This document shows positions 20,484 to 30,071 of a DNA stretch of 64,000 nucleotides, one piece after another (the stretch's first letter is position 1; each line of letters starts with the position of its first letter). The position numbers and the translations under genes are program-made. The notes under the pieces are model-generated. The model saw only the letters and a list, made by a program, of their open reading frames with translations, was not told the DNA's origin and made no database searches. This stretch comes from a virus (lineage: Duplodnaviria; Caudoviricetes): IMG/VR virus record IMGVR_UViG_3300034104_001007, positions 739 through 64,738 of that record. One strand, 5' to 3'.

Positions 20484-20875
20484 TCCAGCTCCTTTCTTGG
20501 TTTAGTAAATCTGATTGAATATGCCCTATCACAATTAAGTGCGGGCGGGTAATCGGTTGGGTGGTCTGCCAGCCATTCTTTCATAGCTGAATCAGATACC
20601 CGACGTTGAAGTAAATGCAAAGCATCGTGTTCTTTTACATACTCTGCAAATGGTTGCCAGTCATTAACCCAATACCTATCACTAACAACCCGTGACACAG
20701 TACCAAATTTAGTTTTCAGGCTGTTTAACCCTTGCGCCTTGCATATTTCTAATAGCTCATGGGCAACTAAGTCTTCTTGCTCTTTCAACTTAGAATCTTG
20801 TTGTGATAGTTCTGACCGTTTAGCCTTAATCTTTGAATAGACTGAAGCTAACTTTTCTGCTGTGATTTCGCTCAT
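20480..20875 (-). CDS. conserved hypothetical replication-module protein
   Basis: 131 aa, AAAGGAG RBS; coiled N-terminus, DW..F...LLQRRVS motif. Confidence 0.7.
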   Translation of the reverse strand: MSEITAEKLASVYSKIKAKRSELSQQDSKLKEQEDLVAHELLEICKAQGLNSLKTKFGTVSRVVSDRYWVNDWQPFAEYVKEHDALHLLQRRVSDSAMKEWLADHPTDYPPALNCDRAYSIRFTKPRKELE

Positions 20876-20906
20876 CGAATTCTCCTTTCGTGTTAAGCAG
20901 GGTATA

Positions 20907-20935
20907 ATCTTATATGTATTTTAAATCCCTGTCAA
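20907..20935 (-). promoter_or_regulatory. sigma70-type promoter
   Basis: TTGACA-17nt-TAAGAT on the - strand, intergenic. Confidence 0.75.
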
Positions 20936-20959
20936 GCGTTCTTACGTACATTCGTGTAT

Positions 20960-22519
20960 TTACATCTGCAATACTTCTTTATAAAGATTAATTAATCCTT
21001 CGTGGCTTTCGATTCGTTTGTCCAGCATGTCGTACATTTTCTCTTCTGCTGGGCTACCTTGAATCATAAAGATGGTTACCTTCGTATCTTGACCATTACG
21101 GTGAGCACGAGAGTTAGCTTGTAGAAACGTTTCTACACTTGAGGTTGGTCCAAACCAAATAACCGATGATGCCGCGGTTAATGTAATACCATGGGATGCT
21201 GCTTGTGGTTGGATAACAATGACGCGTGTATCAGGACTATTTTGAAAGTCGTTAATAATATCACCCCGTTTTGAGGGACTTACATCACCATGGATAAATG
21301 AAGTTTGAATACCTCGTGCGGCTAGGTGGTCTTTAATTAACTCAATCACATGTCTGAACGGAGCAAATATGATAGTCTTTTTATCGGACTCGTCAATGAT
21401 TTCATCCATAACATTTAGCCGATTGGATGCGTCGAACCGTAACACTTCTCCATTATCTGAATAGACTGCGCCACATGATATTTGTAATAGTTTATTAAGG
21501 TTAGCTGCCGCGTGGACTGCACTAACTTCTTCCCCTGCGGCTGACATCAACATGTCTTTCTTCATCTGACGATAGTAGGATAGTTGTTGTGGGGTTAGCT
21601 CTACATCACGGCGGGTGAACATCATCTCGGGCAAGTCCAAGCATTGTTCTTTAGTAAACCGAATGGCTGGCTGTAATGCGTTGAATACGATGTCCTTAGC
21701 TTGTGGGCGTGGCACCCATTTAAACTGAGTTAGCCTTTGCATAACCATATCGCGCCATTGAGTAAAGTATTTGGGGACACGGTCGGGGCATACTAACTTA
21801 GCCAAACCATATGCATCCTCGGGTGATTGTGCGGCGGGTGTACCTGTCATCATCCATAGCCTTGGCTTAACTGCGCCCATGATTTTGTTAAAGGCTTTCC
21901 ATCTACGGGTCGATGTGGACTTAAGGTTATTGGCCTCGTCTACGATAATCAAATCAAACCCACCTGCTATGATGTCATCCATGACTATCTCAATCCCGTC
22001 ATAGTTAATTATCACAAACTCTGTATCTGATTGGATAACCCGTTTGCGTTGTTCTTTAGTGCCGTGGGCTATACCTACCTTGCGATGCATTACTGAACGG
22101 AATAAGTCATCCTTCCATGCGGCATGCATAATAGAAATCGGGCATACAACAAGCACTCGCTTAACTTCTCCTAACTTCATAAGGTAGTCTGCCGCCCAAG
22201 CCGCAGAGCAAGTCTTGCCTGTACCTTGTTCAGATAGTAGGAAACATCGGTCGTATGTGGATAGGAATTCTGCGGTGGTTGTTTGGTGAGACATTGGCTT
22301 GTACATGCCAGTCCAAGTATATCGCATAGGGGCTGGAGGTACGGCTTTGAACCCAAGGGCATGAAGGGCACGAACTTCGTCGCGCCCCCAGTAAACCAAT
22401 ACCTCATCGATGTCGGTATTCGCTATTCTCCCTATGAGCTTGCTCTTAGGAATTGCCTTTAGTATGTTGCTGGTTAATCTAGTTTTTAGCTTTACTGCGC
22501 GGTTTTCTACCAGTTCCAT
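20960..22519 (-). CDS. SNF2-family DNA helicase
   Basis: EQGTGKT, IIVDEA, MTGTP, ASHGITL, QANSRAHRNGQ motifs; start set at ATG 22519. Confidence 0.92.
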   Translation of the reverse strand: MELVENRAVKLKTRLTSNILKAIPKSKLIGRIANTDIDEVLVYWGRDEVRALHALGFKAVPPAPMRYTWTGMYKPMSHQTTTAEFLSTYDRCFLLSEQGTGKTCSAAWAADYLMKLGEVKRVLVVCPISIMHAAWKDDLFRSVMHRKVGIAHGTKEQRKRVIQSDTEFVIINYDGIEIVMDDIIAGGFDLIIVDEANNLKSTSTRRWKAFNKIMGAVKPRLWMMTGTPAAQSPEDAYGLAKLVCPDRVPKYFTQWRDMVMQRLTQFKWVPRPQAKDIVFNALQPAIRFTKEQCLDLPEMMFTRRDVELTPQQLSYYRQMKKDMLMSAAGEEVSAVHAAANLNKLLQISCGAVYSDNGEVLRFDASNRLNVMDEIIDESDKKTIIFAPFRHVIELIKDHLAARGIQTSFIHGDVSPSKRGDIINDFQNSPDTRVIVIQPQAASHGITLTAASSVIWFGPTSSVETFLQANSRAHRNGQDTKVTIFMIQGSPAEEKMYDMLDKRIESHEGLINLYKEVLQM

Positions 22520-22763
22520 GTTTGTTGTCTGCCTCGTTAGCACTTGGGTCTCGCAATCGTAAATTACCCGATGTCGTTTTACCACCAGCGCGTATTGGTT
22601 TTATGTGGTCAATATGTTTACCAGCACGGTCAATACCTTTCTTATCGTATTCACGTCGTGCCTTTTGTCTTTCTAGTTGGTCTTTTGTTTCGCCACGAGC
22701 CTTTTGCATCTCGTATTGTTTTTTCCAGTATTCCGGAGGGAGTGGTCCTTTTTTGCGGGGCAT
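22479..22763 (-). CDS. small HNH-type nuclease-like protein
   Basis: HIDHIKPIRAGG...NLRL...N motif. Confidence 0.65.
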   Translation of the reverse strand: MPRKKGPLPPEYWKKQYEMQKARGETKDQLERQKARREYDKKGIDRAGKHIDHIKPIRAGGKTTSGNLRLRDPSANEADNKHGTGRKPRSKAKN

Positions 22764-22765
22764 AG

Positions 22766-23419
22766 TTATTTCCTTTTCGGTCGCCAATATTCACAGGTTT
22801 TATGCGGACACCAGCTACACAATCCTGTTGGGTTAGGATTCCATACACCGACATCCGCGCATAACATAATACTATCGCGTTTTGCCAACCACTGCTCAAG
22901 TAAATGTGCAAAGTCCTTGCGGTCATACTCACGCTTAATCATTACATCGTGTAAAAGAAATAACAGAGCGCCCTTAACTGTCATCACTGATGGGAACTTA
23001 GCAAATACCATAAGCGCCATCAGCTCTAACTGCTTAGGCTCGGGGTACTTAGCGCTACCAGTCTTATAGTCCACAACTCTAGCAGTCTCGCCATTGACAA
23101 TAACTAAGTCAGCAACCCCACGGAATGTTCCATCATCTGAATCGAACGGTAAGCATTGACCATTTGAATCAATCGACATCTCTAGCTCACAATACTTCTC
23201 ACCTGGATATGAATTCAGTTTATCCAGTATATCCTTGAACCGCGCGTGACCGCCCAAGTCCTTACCATCTCTGATGTATTCCTCGCAGGCTAAGTGAACT
23301 TCTTTACCGTACAGCGTCGCAGTAGAGTCTTCGTGTGGGTACGATTTTAATATACGAACTTGATAATACTTGCGTGGGCAGTTATCAAACTCTTTCATTG
23401 CGCTGAACGATAATCTCAT
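22766..23419 (-). CDS. PD-(D/E)xK Cas4/RecB-like exonuclease
   Basis: CPRKYY, GVADLV, VVDYKTG, QLELMA, C-terminal CxxC...C cluster. Confidence 0.85.
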   Translation of the reverse strand: MRLSFSAMKEFDNCPRKYYQVRILKSYPHEDSTATLYGKEVHLACEEYIRDGKDLGGHARFKDILDKLNSYPGEKYCELEMSIDSNGQCLPFDSDDGTFRGVADLVIVNGETARVVDYKTGSAKYPEPKQLELMALMVFAKFPSVMTVKGALLFLLHDVMIKREYDRKDFAHLLEQWLAKRDSIMLCADVGVWNPNPTGLCSWCPHKTCEYWRPKRK

Positions 23420-25300
23420 TTACTTAGCATCTCCGTAGCTATCTGCTACGCCCCCTTCGCCATCAAGTGGTAAATCGGGTGCCCATTCGGGTGGCGTTCG
23501 CATCAAGGTTAGTAATTCTTCAAGTGCTTGTTCTGCACAATCTTCTTTAACAAGTAGCAATACCTCATCGTGAACTGTCCCCACAACATGATACTTCTTG
23601 CTTATCTCTAGAATAATCTCAGCCATAATATCACGCGCAAGCGATTGTGTACACCTTTGGAACACCTTTGCACCATAAACTTTATCGCGCCCATTGCGTT
23701 GCGCATAGGTATATTCGTTCTTACCCGATTCTTTGTTTTTACCATTGACTAGGTTTGGGTAGGTTAGTATAAGGCCGTTTGGTTTTTTCAATCCCTCGGC
23801 GGTAACTTGAACCACACCATTTTTACAAAAGCTCATCGTTTGTTTTTTGAGCAGAGCCTCAAGGACATTAGTTCCTTGCCCCCAAGTTTCCACAACTTTG
23901 TCATAGCCTGTGCGGTATAGTGTCGTTAGTGATTTAGCTTCGCCATCGGTAACTGTTTGAGCGCCCTTACTTTGAATACGAATAGTGCCCTGCAACTTAA
24001 CCGCACCTGTGCCATAAATCAATGACAGTGATGCGCACTTACCTACGAATCGTTTTGGGTCTTTCTTTCCAATAGATTCATATGGAATCTGATACGCTTG
24101 TGATGCGAAGTCACGATACAAGTCTTTACCCTCGCGGATTAACTCGAGCTTGTCTTCCTGTCCCGCAAGCCATAGTCCTAGTCGCAACTCAATGTTACTT
24201 AAGTCGGCAACAACAAGCTTATAGCCCTTGGGGGCGTGTAACGCGTAACGAAGTGCATCTGAAGGCTTGGGTCGGTCAGGGTCAATTCGTGATAAGTTCT
24301 GCGGGTTAACATCGAACCCCGACCACCGATGGGTAACACAAGCCCCACTATACTTGAGCGGGAACGGAAAGGTCCCTCTTTCAGCAATAGATAAGAACGC
24401 CTCCGACCGAGTGATACCGATAGTAGACTTGAACCCCATACGAGCCGCGAAAAGAGCCTGTATAATTGGGTTTGGGTGGTCTTCAAGTATCGTAAATTCC
24501 TCATCCGTTTTTGCAAAAGCGTATGTTTCTTTACCCGTGGTTGGGCTAATTTTCCGTGGTGGCTCAACTCCGTTCTCCTTAAGTAGTTTAGCAAACTGTT
24601 CATTACTCATGAGTTGCTTCTGTAATGTTTCCTCGGTCTTTACTCCAAGCTCATTCATTAGTTTAAGCATAAGGCTACGGCGCTCAACACCAATCTCATA
24701 CAGGGCTTTCTCTAATAGCCTCTTGTCTAGCTTGAGTGCAGGCTCAGTAAACATTCGCACAGTCAAGTCAATTAGTTTTAATTCTTTCTTAGGGAAAGAG
24801 GGTAGCATCATAGTGAGTAGCGTGTATGTCAGCTCCACATCATTCATACAGTATTCACCATAAGCATCTATCTCGGCCTGTGTAAAATCTAGCCTGCGTT
24901 TACCCAGCGCATTAAGAACTTCTGTTCCCTTTTCGCCGATGTTGTATAGCTTGGCTAGGTTCTTTAATGATACGGACTCACTGATACCATGCAACACATT
25001 GGCCATTGATAGCGTGTCTAGTATTTTGGCGGGTCGTATGTCGTATATCCAGTTAAGGATTGCCATATCAAAGTGCGCGTTCTGTGCACACACTGCGTTT
25101 TTTGGGATGTCATACTTCTTTAAGAATGATTTGATTGTTTTGAAATCCCCTGTGCACCACTCGGTTGGGCCGTCGTTAACCTTGACAGCTACGCCTATGG
25201 TTTCAAATAGGGGTGACCTAATGTATTCCTCGGTCGTTATTTTAGATAGACTGAATGCCCTGTCGTAAAAGGTTTCAAAGTCTAGTGTGATGATGTTCAT
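23420..25300 (-). CDS. DNA polymerase family A with 3'-5' exonuclease
   Basis: LDFET exo I, ADLSNIELR motif A, KCASLSLIYG motif B, TVHDE motif C. Confidence 0.93.
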   Translation of the reverse strand: MNIITLDFETFYDRAFSLSKITTEEYIRSPLFETIGVAVKVNDGPTEWCTGDFKTIKSFLKKYDIPKNAVCAQNAHFDMAILNWIYDIRPAKILDTLSMANVLHGISESVSLKNLAKLYNIGEKGTEVLNALGKRRLDFTQAEIDAYGEYCMNDVELTYTLLTMMLPSFPKKELKLIDLTVRMFTEPALKLDKRLLEKALYEIGVERRSLMLKLMNELGVKTEETLQKQLMSNEQFAKLLKENGVEPPRKISPTTGKETYAFAKTDEEFTILEDHPNPIIQALFAARMGFKSTIGITRSEAFLSIAERGTFPFPLKYSGACVTHRWSGFDVNPQNLSRIDPDRPKPSDALRYALHAPKGYKLVVADLSNIELRLGLWLAGQEDKLELIREGKDLYRDFASQAYQIPYESIGKKDPKRFVGKCASLSLIYGTGAVKLQGTIRIQSKGAQTVTDGEAKSLTTLYRTGYDKVVETWGQGTNVLEALLKKQTMSFCKNGVVQVTAEGLKKPNGLILTYPNLVNGKNKESGKNEYTYAQRNGRDKVYGAKVFQRCTQSLARDIMAEIILEISKKYHVVGTVHDEVLLLVKEDCAEQALEELLTLMRTPPEWAPDLPLDGEGGVADSYGDAK

Positions 25301-25302
25301 TA

Positions 25303-25602
25303 CTACTCCCCTAATATTTGTTTAATAACGAACTCTAGCGTATCTAAGTTGTTCTCATTGATAACCATCGCATGTCCACCGCATGCTTGTATTTTGGATA
25401 TCTCACGCTCTTGTAGTGCGGTGGGTTTGTTGTTGCCTGCCTTGGCTTCGATTGCTATAAAGCGTCCCTTGAAACAGGCGATGATATCGGGAACTCCAGA
25501 CCTACCCATTCCCGCCATATACGGGGAGAAGTGATATATCTGATTCGCATCCAATAGTTTCTTGATTTGGTCTTTCACTTTCTTTTCGGGCGTCATTGCC
25601 AT
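25303..25602 (-). CDS. VRR-NUC domain nuclease
   Basis: GVPDIIAC...FIAIEAKAGNNKPTALQ motif. Confidence 0.88.
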   Translation of the reverse strand: MAMTPEKKVKDQIKKLLDANQIYHFSPYMAGMGRSGVPDIIACFKGRFIAIEAKAGNNKPTALQEREISKIQACGGHAMVINENNLDTLEFVIKQILGE

Positions 25603-26038
25603 GATTCATTCTCCATATAATACTTATGTGCTGGGGTGTTATCCCTGCCGATACTAACTGTATCTGTCCGCTCAATATTGCGTCGGCTTCTCGTTGACTA
25701 TCCATGCGGCGCTCTAGTGCCTTGACACTTCTGAGGTCGTCTGCACCCGCATTAATCTTATCTGTTATCTGCTTAATACGGGCTCGGTTTGATATAGTAA
25801 ACTGTTTGTGTTCACGATGCAACTGCTCTATTTTATTTTCCAGTATGCGTGTGTGTTGGGCTCTGTCCTGTTTAGACAGCTCTTTGATAATCTTACGGCG
25901 TGAGTAGTAAACCTTATTGTATTGTTTCTGATGGGCTATCTTACGGCAAGTCTTGCATATCTTGCTCCACCCTGTTTTGTTCTCGGCATGAAATGCCTCA
26001 TCCTCTTGTTGCTTATTACAAGCAGTACAGCAACGCAT
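25502..26038 (-). CDS. hypothetical zinc-finger protein
   Basis: CxxC...CxxC N-terminus; coupled to upstream gene. Confidence 0.55.
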   Translation of the reverse strand: MRCCTACNKQQEDEAFHAENKTGWSKICKTCRKIAHQKQYNKVYYSRRKIIKELSKQDRAQHTRILENKIEQLHREHKQFTISNRARIKQITDKINAGADDLRSVKALERRMDSQREADAILSGQIQLVSAGITPQHISIIWRMNHGNDARKESERPNQETIGCESDISLLPVYGGNG

Positions 26039-26232
26039 TATTTCCCCCTTCGTTTCTCCCAGTCCCCTCGGCAGTCTGCATCACACCAACGCATACCGAA
26101 ACCCACAGGCTCAAAGCAATTCAAACATTCTCCTGTTATGTCTGCTTCGAGTATGGGTTTCTTAGTATACTTCTTGCGGATAATTTCCTCCGCTTCCATA
26201 TGCGCTTGCGCTAAATCTGCATCATCACTCAT
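26038..26232 (-). CDS. DksA/TraR-like C4 zinc-finger small protein
   Basis: MSDDADLA N-terminus (DxxDxA) plus CLNC...CDADC. Confidence 0.65.
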   Translation of the reverse strand: MSDDADLAQAHMEAEEIIRKKYTKKPILEADITGECLNCFEPVGFGMRWCDADCRGDWEKRRGK

Positions 26233-26511
26233 CTACTTCTGTTCCTCATAATGGTCACCCGTCGGGCCGTTCTGCCCTATAACATCAACGCGAGACTCGT
26301 TCCAGTTTAGTGGACATCCTGTCCATGCGCATTCTATATTAGGGTCTAATGGCTTACCGCAAATATCGCATGCTAGTTCCTCACCAAAGTCTAATTCTAA
26401 CTGCACGGGGTCTTTGTCTTTCCTAAAGATGTTATCGAAGTTGTCCTCGAACTGTTTGTTGTTTACTCGGCTTTTAATTACGTCGCCTGTTATATCATTC
26501 TTTGATGCCAT
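26233..26511 (-). CDS. hypothetical protein (NinX/zinc-ribbon-like small protein)
   Basis: KNDITGD...FDNIF N-terminus, CxxC...C...C. Confidence 0.6.
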   Translation of the reverse strand: MASKNDITGDVIKSRVNNKQFEDNFDNIFRKDKDPVQLELDFGEELACDICGKPLDPNIECAWTGCPLNWNESRVDVIGQNGPTGDHYEEQK

Positions 26512-26668
26512 TTTCTTTCTCCCTCTTAGCCCTATCTAGTCCTCGCCTTATCAGCGTTTCAAATCCCAACTGCATAAGATACATCTTGCCTTCCTCGTCT
26601 ACATCTAACTCGGCTATTGCACTGCCGTCGGGCTGGTCAATCAAGTCACCAATCAGTTCTATTTTCAT
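26495..26668 (-). CDS. small hypothetical protein, not in ORF track (MKIELIGDLIDQPDGSA...)
   Basis: 57-aa ORF with AAGGGG RBS, overlapping the next start. Confidence 0.55.
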   Translation of the reverse strand: MKIELIGDLIDQPDGSAIAELDVDEEGKMYLMQLGFETLIRRGLDRAKREKENGIKE

Positions 26669-26920
26669 GTTGTCCCCTTAAAAATGTAAAGCATAGTTTA
26701 CTTTTTTGCCTGTTTGTACACTATGTGAGCGCTTTTAGTTCAAAACTAAACTAATAGTGTAGACTTGTGTGTAATTTTAAACCATTTATTCAACACAAAC
26801 TTTTTTGTCTCACAAGAATTAAACACAAAAAAGTGATATATCACTTGGCTAACTTCTCCGCGTTCTCTTTCATCTTACTGAGTATTAATAAAAAGCGTAG
26901 TTCATCTATCTCGGTGGCTG

Positions 26921-27160
26921 TCATACGCTTTGCCCTATGTATGTAGCCTTGCTGTCCTTAAACTGCACCTCGACAGCGCACTCTTGCCCTTTGTTTCCAC
27001 TTAAAAGGTTATAAAACCCGAAACACATGGAAACAATAGCTATAAGTAGCAACGTTACTACAATTACTACTGCTCTATCTGATTTACTACCACCGCAGTC
27101 ACACTTACGGCCTTGCTCACAGTTTTGATTACACGGCATCATAACCTCCATAATATTCAA
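26921..27160 (-). CDS. small membrane protein
   Basis: One TM segment AVVIVVTLLLIAIVSMCFGF; Cys-rich N-terminus; the true start may be downstream. Confidence 0.55.
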   Translation of the reverse strand: MNIMEVMMPCNQNCEQGRKCDCGGSKSDRAVVIVVTLLLIAIVSMCFGFYNLLSGNKGQECAVEVQFKDSKATYIGQSV

Positions 27161-27329
27161 TTAGTACATCGTAGGCTTTCTTTATTTTCTTTTGCATCTT
27201 TACATCATCGGGGTGCACAGCTATCCATTCGGCCATGCCCTCTCTACTGCTTTTTAAATGAGACAACACGATAGCGTCCAGTGCGTCGGCTAATTGTATT
27301 GAATCTGTTAGGTCAAATGTAATTTTCAT
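27129..27329 (-). CDS. hypothetical protein
   Basis: Tightly packed ORF with RBS. Confidence 0.55.
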   Translation of the reverse strand: MKITFDLTDSIQLADALDAIVLSHLKSSREGMAEWIAVHPDDVKMQKKIKKAYDVLIEYYGGYDAV

Positions 27330-27535
27330 ACCTCTACTCCTTCGTTATGCAAGTCTAGCTCGTCAATGTCTATCTCGGATTCTTTTCCGCTAGGTAGCTT
27401 ACCTATGATGGATGTTGGGAAGTGTCCTGTTTTAATTACTTCAACTACGCACTCGCCTTTTTTCCACCATACCCACCTTGGCATCGTTCGTTTGCTTTTC
27501 ATGTTGTTACCCTTTCTTTGGTTGTCTGAATCCAT
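27326..27535 (-). CDS. hypothetical protein
   Basis: Tightly packed ORF; start probably internal. Confidence 0.5.
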   Translation of the reverse strand: MDSDNQRKGNNMKSKRTMPRWVWWKKGECVVEVIKTGHFPTSIIGKLPSGKESEIDIDELDLHNEGVEV

Positions 27536-27731
27536 TGGGCACTTGACCCGCAGTAAGATTTTGCATTACTAACATAAGCTGTTCGATTACTTTCTCGTGG
27601 TCGTCAAGCCGTTCCTGTAAATTAAGTATGCCATGATGCATTGCTGATAAAGCCTTACGTAGTTCTTCGTTAGTTATTTCTAATTGCTTTACTTCTTCTA
27701 CTTCGGGGTGTGTCTTATCCATTTTATTCAC
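27507..27731 (-). CDS. hypothetical coiled-coil protein
   Basis: Packed ORF with heptad pattern. Confidence 0.55.
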   Translation of the reverse strand: MNKMDKTHPEVEEVKQLEITNEELRKALSAMHHGILNLQERLDDHEKVIEQLMLVMQNLTAGQVPNGFRQPKKG

Positions 27732-27918
27732 CTTTTAAGAATTCAATCGTTGGGGTTTCTTTACGCAAGGCATAATATTCAAGCTGAACCTTTGCGCTGT
27801 TAATCATCTTGCCTGCTACATTAGCAAGTTCACCTGCTTCTTTTGGTTTAATATCACCAACCATAAGTAAGTCAAATACTTCTGCTAATTCATTTCGTAG
27901 TGTTGTTATCGTTTTCAT
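27724..27918 (-). CDS. hypothetical protein
   Basis: AGGAG RBS; ANVAGKMINSAKVQLEY motif. Confidence 0.6.
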   Translation of the reverse strand: MKTITTLRNELAEVFDLLMVGDIKPKEAGELANVAGKMINSAKVQLEYYALRKETPTIEFLKGE

Positions 27919-28297
27919 TTTTGATTCTCCTGTTGATTAAGATTTGTAACCGTTTTGCTTCTATAAGTTGTTGTGGTACGTCTACTTTTACACGCATTAA
28001 TTGTTTTACGTATGCATCGGATAGCCTTTCTACTTTTCGTTTAGAATTACGAATATCGTTTGCTCTCACCTTATCAATATTTTTTACTCTGTATTCTTTA
28101 ACGTATTCGCATTTTTTCTTGCGCCCCTCAATACTATACCTTCCCGTTTCTCTAACTTTAACTTGGTTATCTTTTGCCCATTTAGTTGCTAACTCTTTGG
28201 TGCATGTTTTGCACCTGTAGTATCCCCCTTTATACTTTGGGTATGGGTAAAATTCCGTAAGCTCTTTAGTCACATTACATTTTGGGCACATTTTCAT
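27890..28297 (-). CDS. zinc-finger protein (N-terminal domain type seen in HNH/endo VII homing nucleases)
   Basis: KMCPKCNVTKELTEFY...CKTC; no nuclease motif seen; start set at ATG 28297. Confidence 0.6.
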   Translation of the reverse strand: MKMCPKCNVTKELTEFYPYPKYKGGYYRCKTCTKELATKWAKDNQVKVRETGRYSIEGRKKKCEYVKEYRVKNIDKVRANDIRNSKRKVERLSDAYVKQLMRVKVDVPQQLIEAKRLQILINRRIKNENDNNTTK

Positions 28298-28298
28298 A

Positions 28299-28541
28299 TC
28301 AGTCACCGTATTTAGTCTGCAACAACAACTCGCAGTAGTGTATTGCTTTCTTGATATCCTCTGCGCCATTCTTTGCGTGGTGTCGGCATACATACTTAAC
28401 TATGTTGCCCTCTAAAAAGCCCAACTCATTAGCCACTATAAACTCGACTGGTTGTATTGCCATCTCAGCATAATGACTGCCACCCACCTGCCTAGCTAGC
28501 GCGTTTTCCTCATCATACATGTCTGTCATTCCGTCGCTCAT
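28299..28541 (-). CDS. DUF3310 / SaV-like protein
   Basis: QVGGSHY...IQPVEFI...FLEGNIVKYVCRH..KNG.EDIKKAIHY. Confidence 0.85.
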   Translation of the reverse strand: MSDGMTDMYDEENALARQVGGSHYAEMAIQPVEFIVANELGFLEGNIVKYVCRHHAKNGAEDIKKAIHYCELLLQTKYGD

Positions 28542-28609
28542 TCCATTCTCCTATTAAAAACATACATATCATACCTAACCCAAAGGCTTGCCAGTAGCAC
28601 TGGATATAC

Positions 28610-28792
28610 TCAATCACCATGTTTACCATTAGCCATGTCCCTCGCATCTCGTTCTGCTTCTCGTTGAAAGCGTAGGTATACATTCTCTACTAGCTGACCC
28701 AAATTATTGTTCGTCGTGTTAGGCAAACTCAGAACTATTCTACGCACTGATTCCCCAAAGCTTTCAACATTCTTATTGTCTAGTTTTTCCAT
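28610..28792 (-). CDS. hypothetical protein
   Basis: Coupled to upstream stop codon. Confidence 0.5.
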   Translation of the reverse strand: MEKLDNKNVESFGESVRRIVLSLPNTTNNNLGQLVENVYLRFQREAERDARDMANGKHGD

Positions 28793-29274
28793 TAGAAATT
28801 ACCAAACAATGCCATGCTACTGCCAATGCCCACTTTAGTTGTTCGCCCACGGCGCTCTGATTTTGTCGCAGGAATTTGTTCTCGGTCTAATAGATTAATA
28901 ACCCTAGTAACACTTTGCACAAGTTTTTCGTTATTTGTAGGTATCACAACTGGTAGGTCAGATACAGGTTTTACATAAGGTTTTGCCGCGTTGTATACAT
29001 ACTGCCGTTTACTATCAACTATGCGTTTCATACGGACTAAGTGCCCATTCAGTGATAGCCATTCCAAGTATCGCTTACCCTTTTCAAATAACTGTAGGTC
29101 GGTTACGCAAACACTACCTAAAACATCTTTACGCGCCGCGACATAGTTATACACAATCTCTCTGTTGTTATTTACTTCGGCATCAATCTCGGCTTTCTTT
29201 CTAGCTGACCGTTCTCTTTCTAACCCATCTGATTTTTTACTCATCATCCCCTCCATACGCAGTAATACCTGCAT
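28792..29274 (-). CDS. hypothetical protein (possible winged helix)
   Basis: 160-aa ORF in packed operon; the true start may be at 29247. Confidence 0.55.
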   Translation of the reverse strand: MQVLLRMEGMMSKKSDGLERERSARKKAEIDAEVNNNREIVYNYVAARKDVLGSVCVTDLQLFEKGKRYLEWLSLNGHLVRMKRIVDSKRQYVYNAAKPYVKPVSDLPVVIPTNNEKLVQSVTRVINLLDREQIPATKSERRGRTTKVGIGSSMALFGNF

Positions 29275-29419
29275 CTCGTTTTCGTTTCTCGTTCATCAAT
29301 GCGTCTGCTATATCGTAAGCAGACTTTGCGCATCCTAGGTAAGTGCTATACCCTTCTCTTACTACCAATCCATTCATAGCAAAAGCCGCAAACAAATCCC
29401 GTTCGTTAAACTCCTCCAT
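29237..29419 (-). CDS. small conserved phage protein
   Basis: RDLFAAFAMNG...AYDIADALM motif. Confidence 0.65.
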   Translation of the reverse strand: MEEFNERDLFAAFAMNGLVVREGYSTYLGCAKSAYDIADALMNEKRKRDAGITAYGGDDE

Positions 29420-29591
29420 CTGTCTTCCTTTCTATCGGCTTCGCCAGCAAATACTTATCACCCATACTATCAATCACCGCCTGCACTCGCTTTGCGCGGT
29501 TAGGGTCGGGCTCAACCTGTATGCCATATAAGTTTTTGTATGCCAGTCCATGGCCGTATTCGTCTATTAGTTTGTTTAGATAGTCAAACAT
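29406..29591 (-). CDS. hypothetical protein
   Basis: Packed ORF with AAGGAG RBS. Confidence 0.55.
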   Translation of the reverse strand: MFDYLNKLIDEYGHGLAYKNLYGIQVEPDPNRAKRVQAVIDSMGDKYLLAKPIERKTDGGV

Positions 29592-29878
29592 TACTTGTTC
29601 TCCTTTTCTGACACTGGTTCTTTTCGTCTTAGCTCTAGCAATTCTTTTGCTTCGTATAGCATTGCTATCAACCGCTTGCCTTTCCCCTCATGAAACCATG
29701 CCGCATTGGTCCAGTATACTAGCGAGACCATTAACAACGCGGGGGCCCACTGGCTTGAGTAAGCGAATACACCGATGCCTACTAAGTAAACTAGCATGAG
29801 ACCCACTCGCGCCCAACTTAACTTTACTGTTACTTCCATATCATTCTCCTTAATCATATATCCAAAAGATTGTATCAT
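29591..29878 (-). CDS. small membrane protein
   Basis: Two hydrophobic segments; start probably at the internal MEVTVK. Confidence 0.55.
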   Translation of the reverse strand: MIQSFGYMIKENDMEVTVKLSWARVGLMLVYLVGIGVFAYSSQWAPALLMVSLVYWTNAAWFHEGKGKRLIAMLYEAKELLELRRKEPVSEKENK

Positions 29879-30071
29879 CCACGCGCTGACCTATCTCCTC
29901 ATACCCATCGGGTGGTGTTAGCATCTTAAGCGCCGATAGCTTTGTTCGTAAATCATCGGGCATATTAGCTTCGCTTGCATAGACAGTCGTGGATGAATTC
30001 GACCCTTTGAATTCCGTGCTGAATTGTTTCAGCTTAACTGTCATATCATCGTTCAACTGGATTTCATACAC
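29850..30071 (-). CDS. hypothetical protein
   Basis: GGGGAG RBS; ORF in early operon. Confidence 0.6.
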   Translation of the reverse strand: MYEIQLNDDMTVKLKQFSTEFKGSNSSTTVYASEANMPDDLRTKLSALKMLTPPDGYEEIGQRVDDTIFWIYD

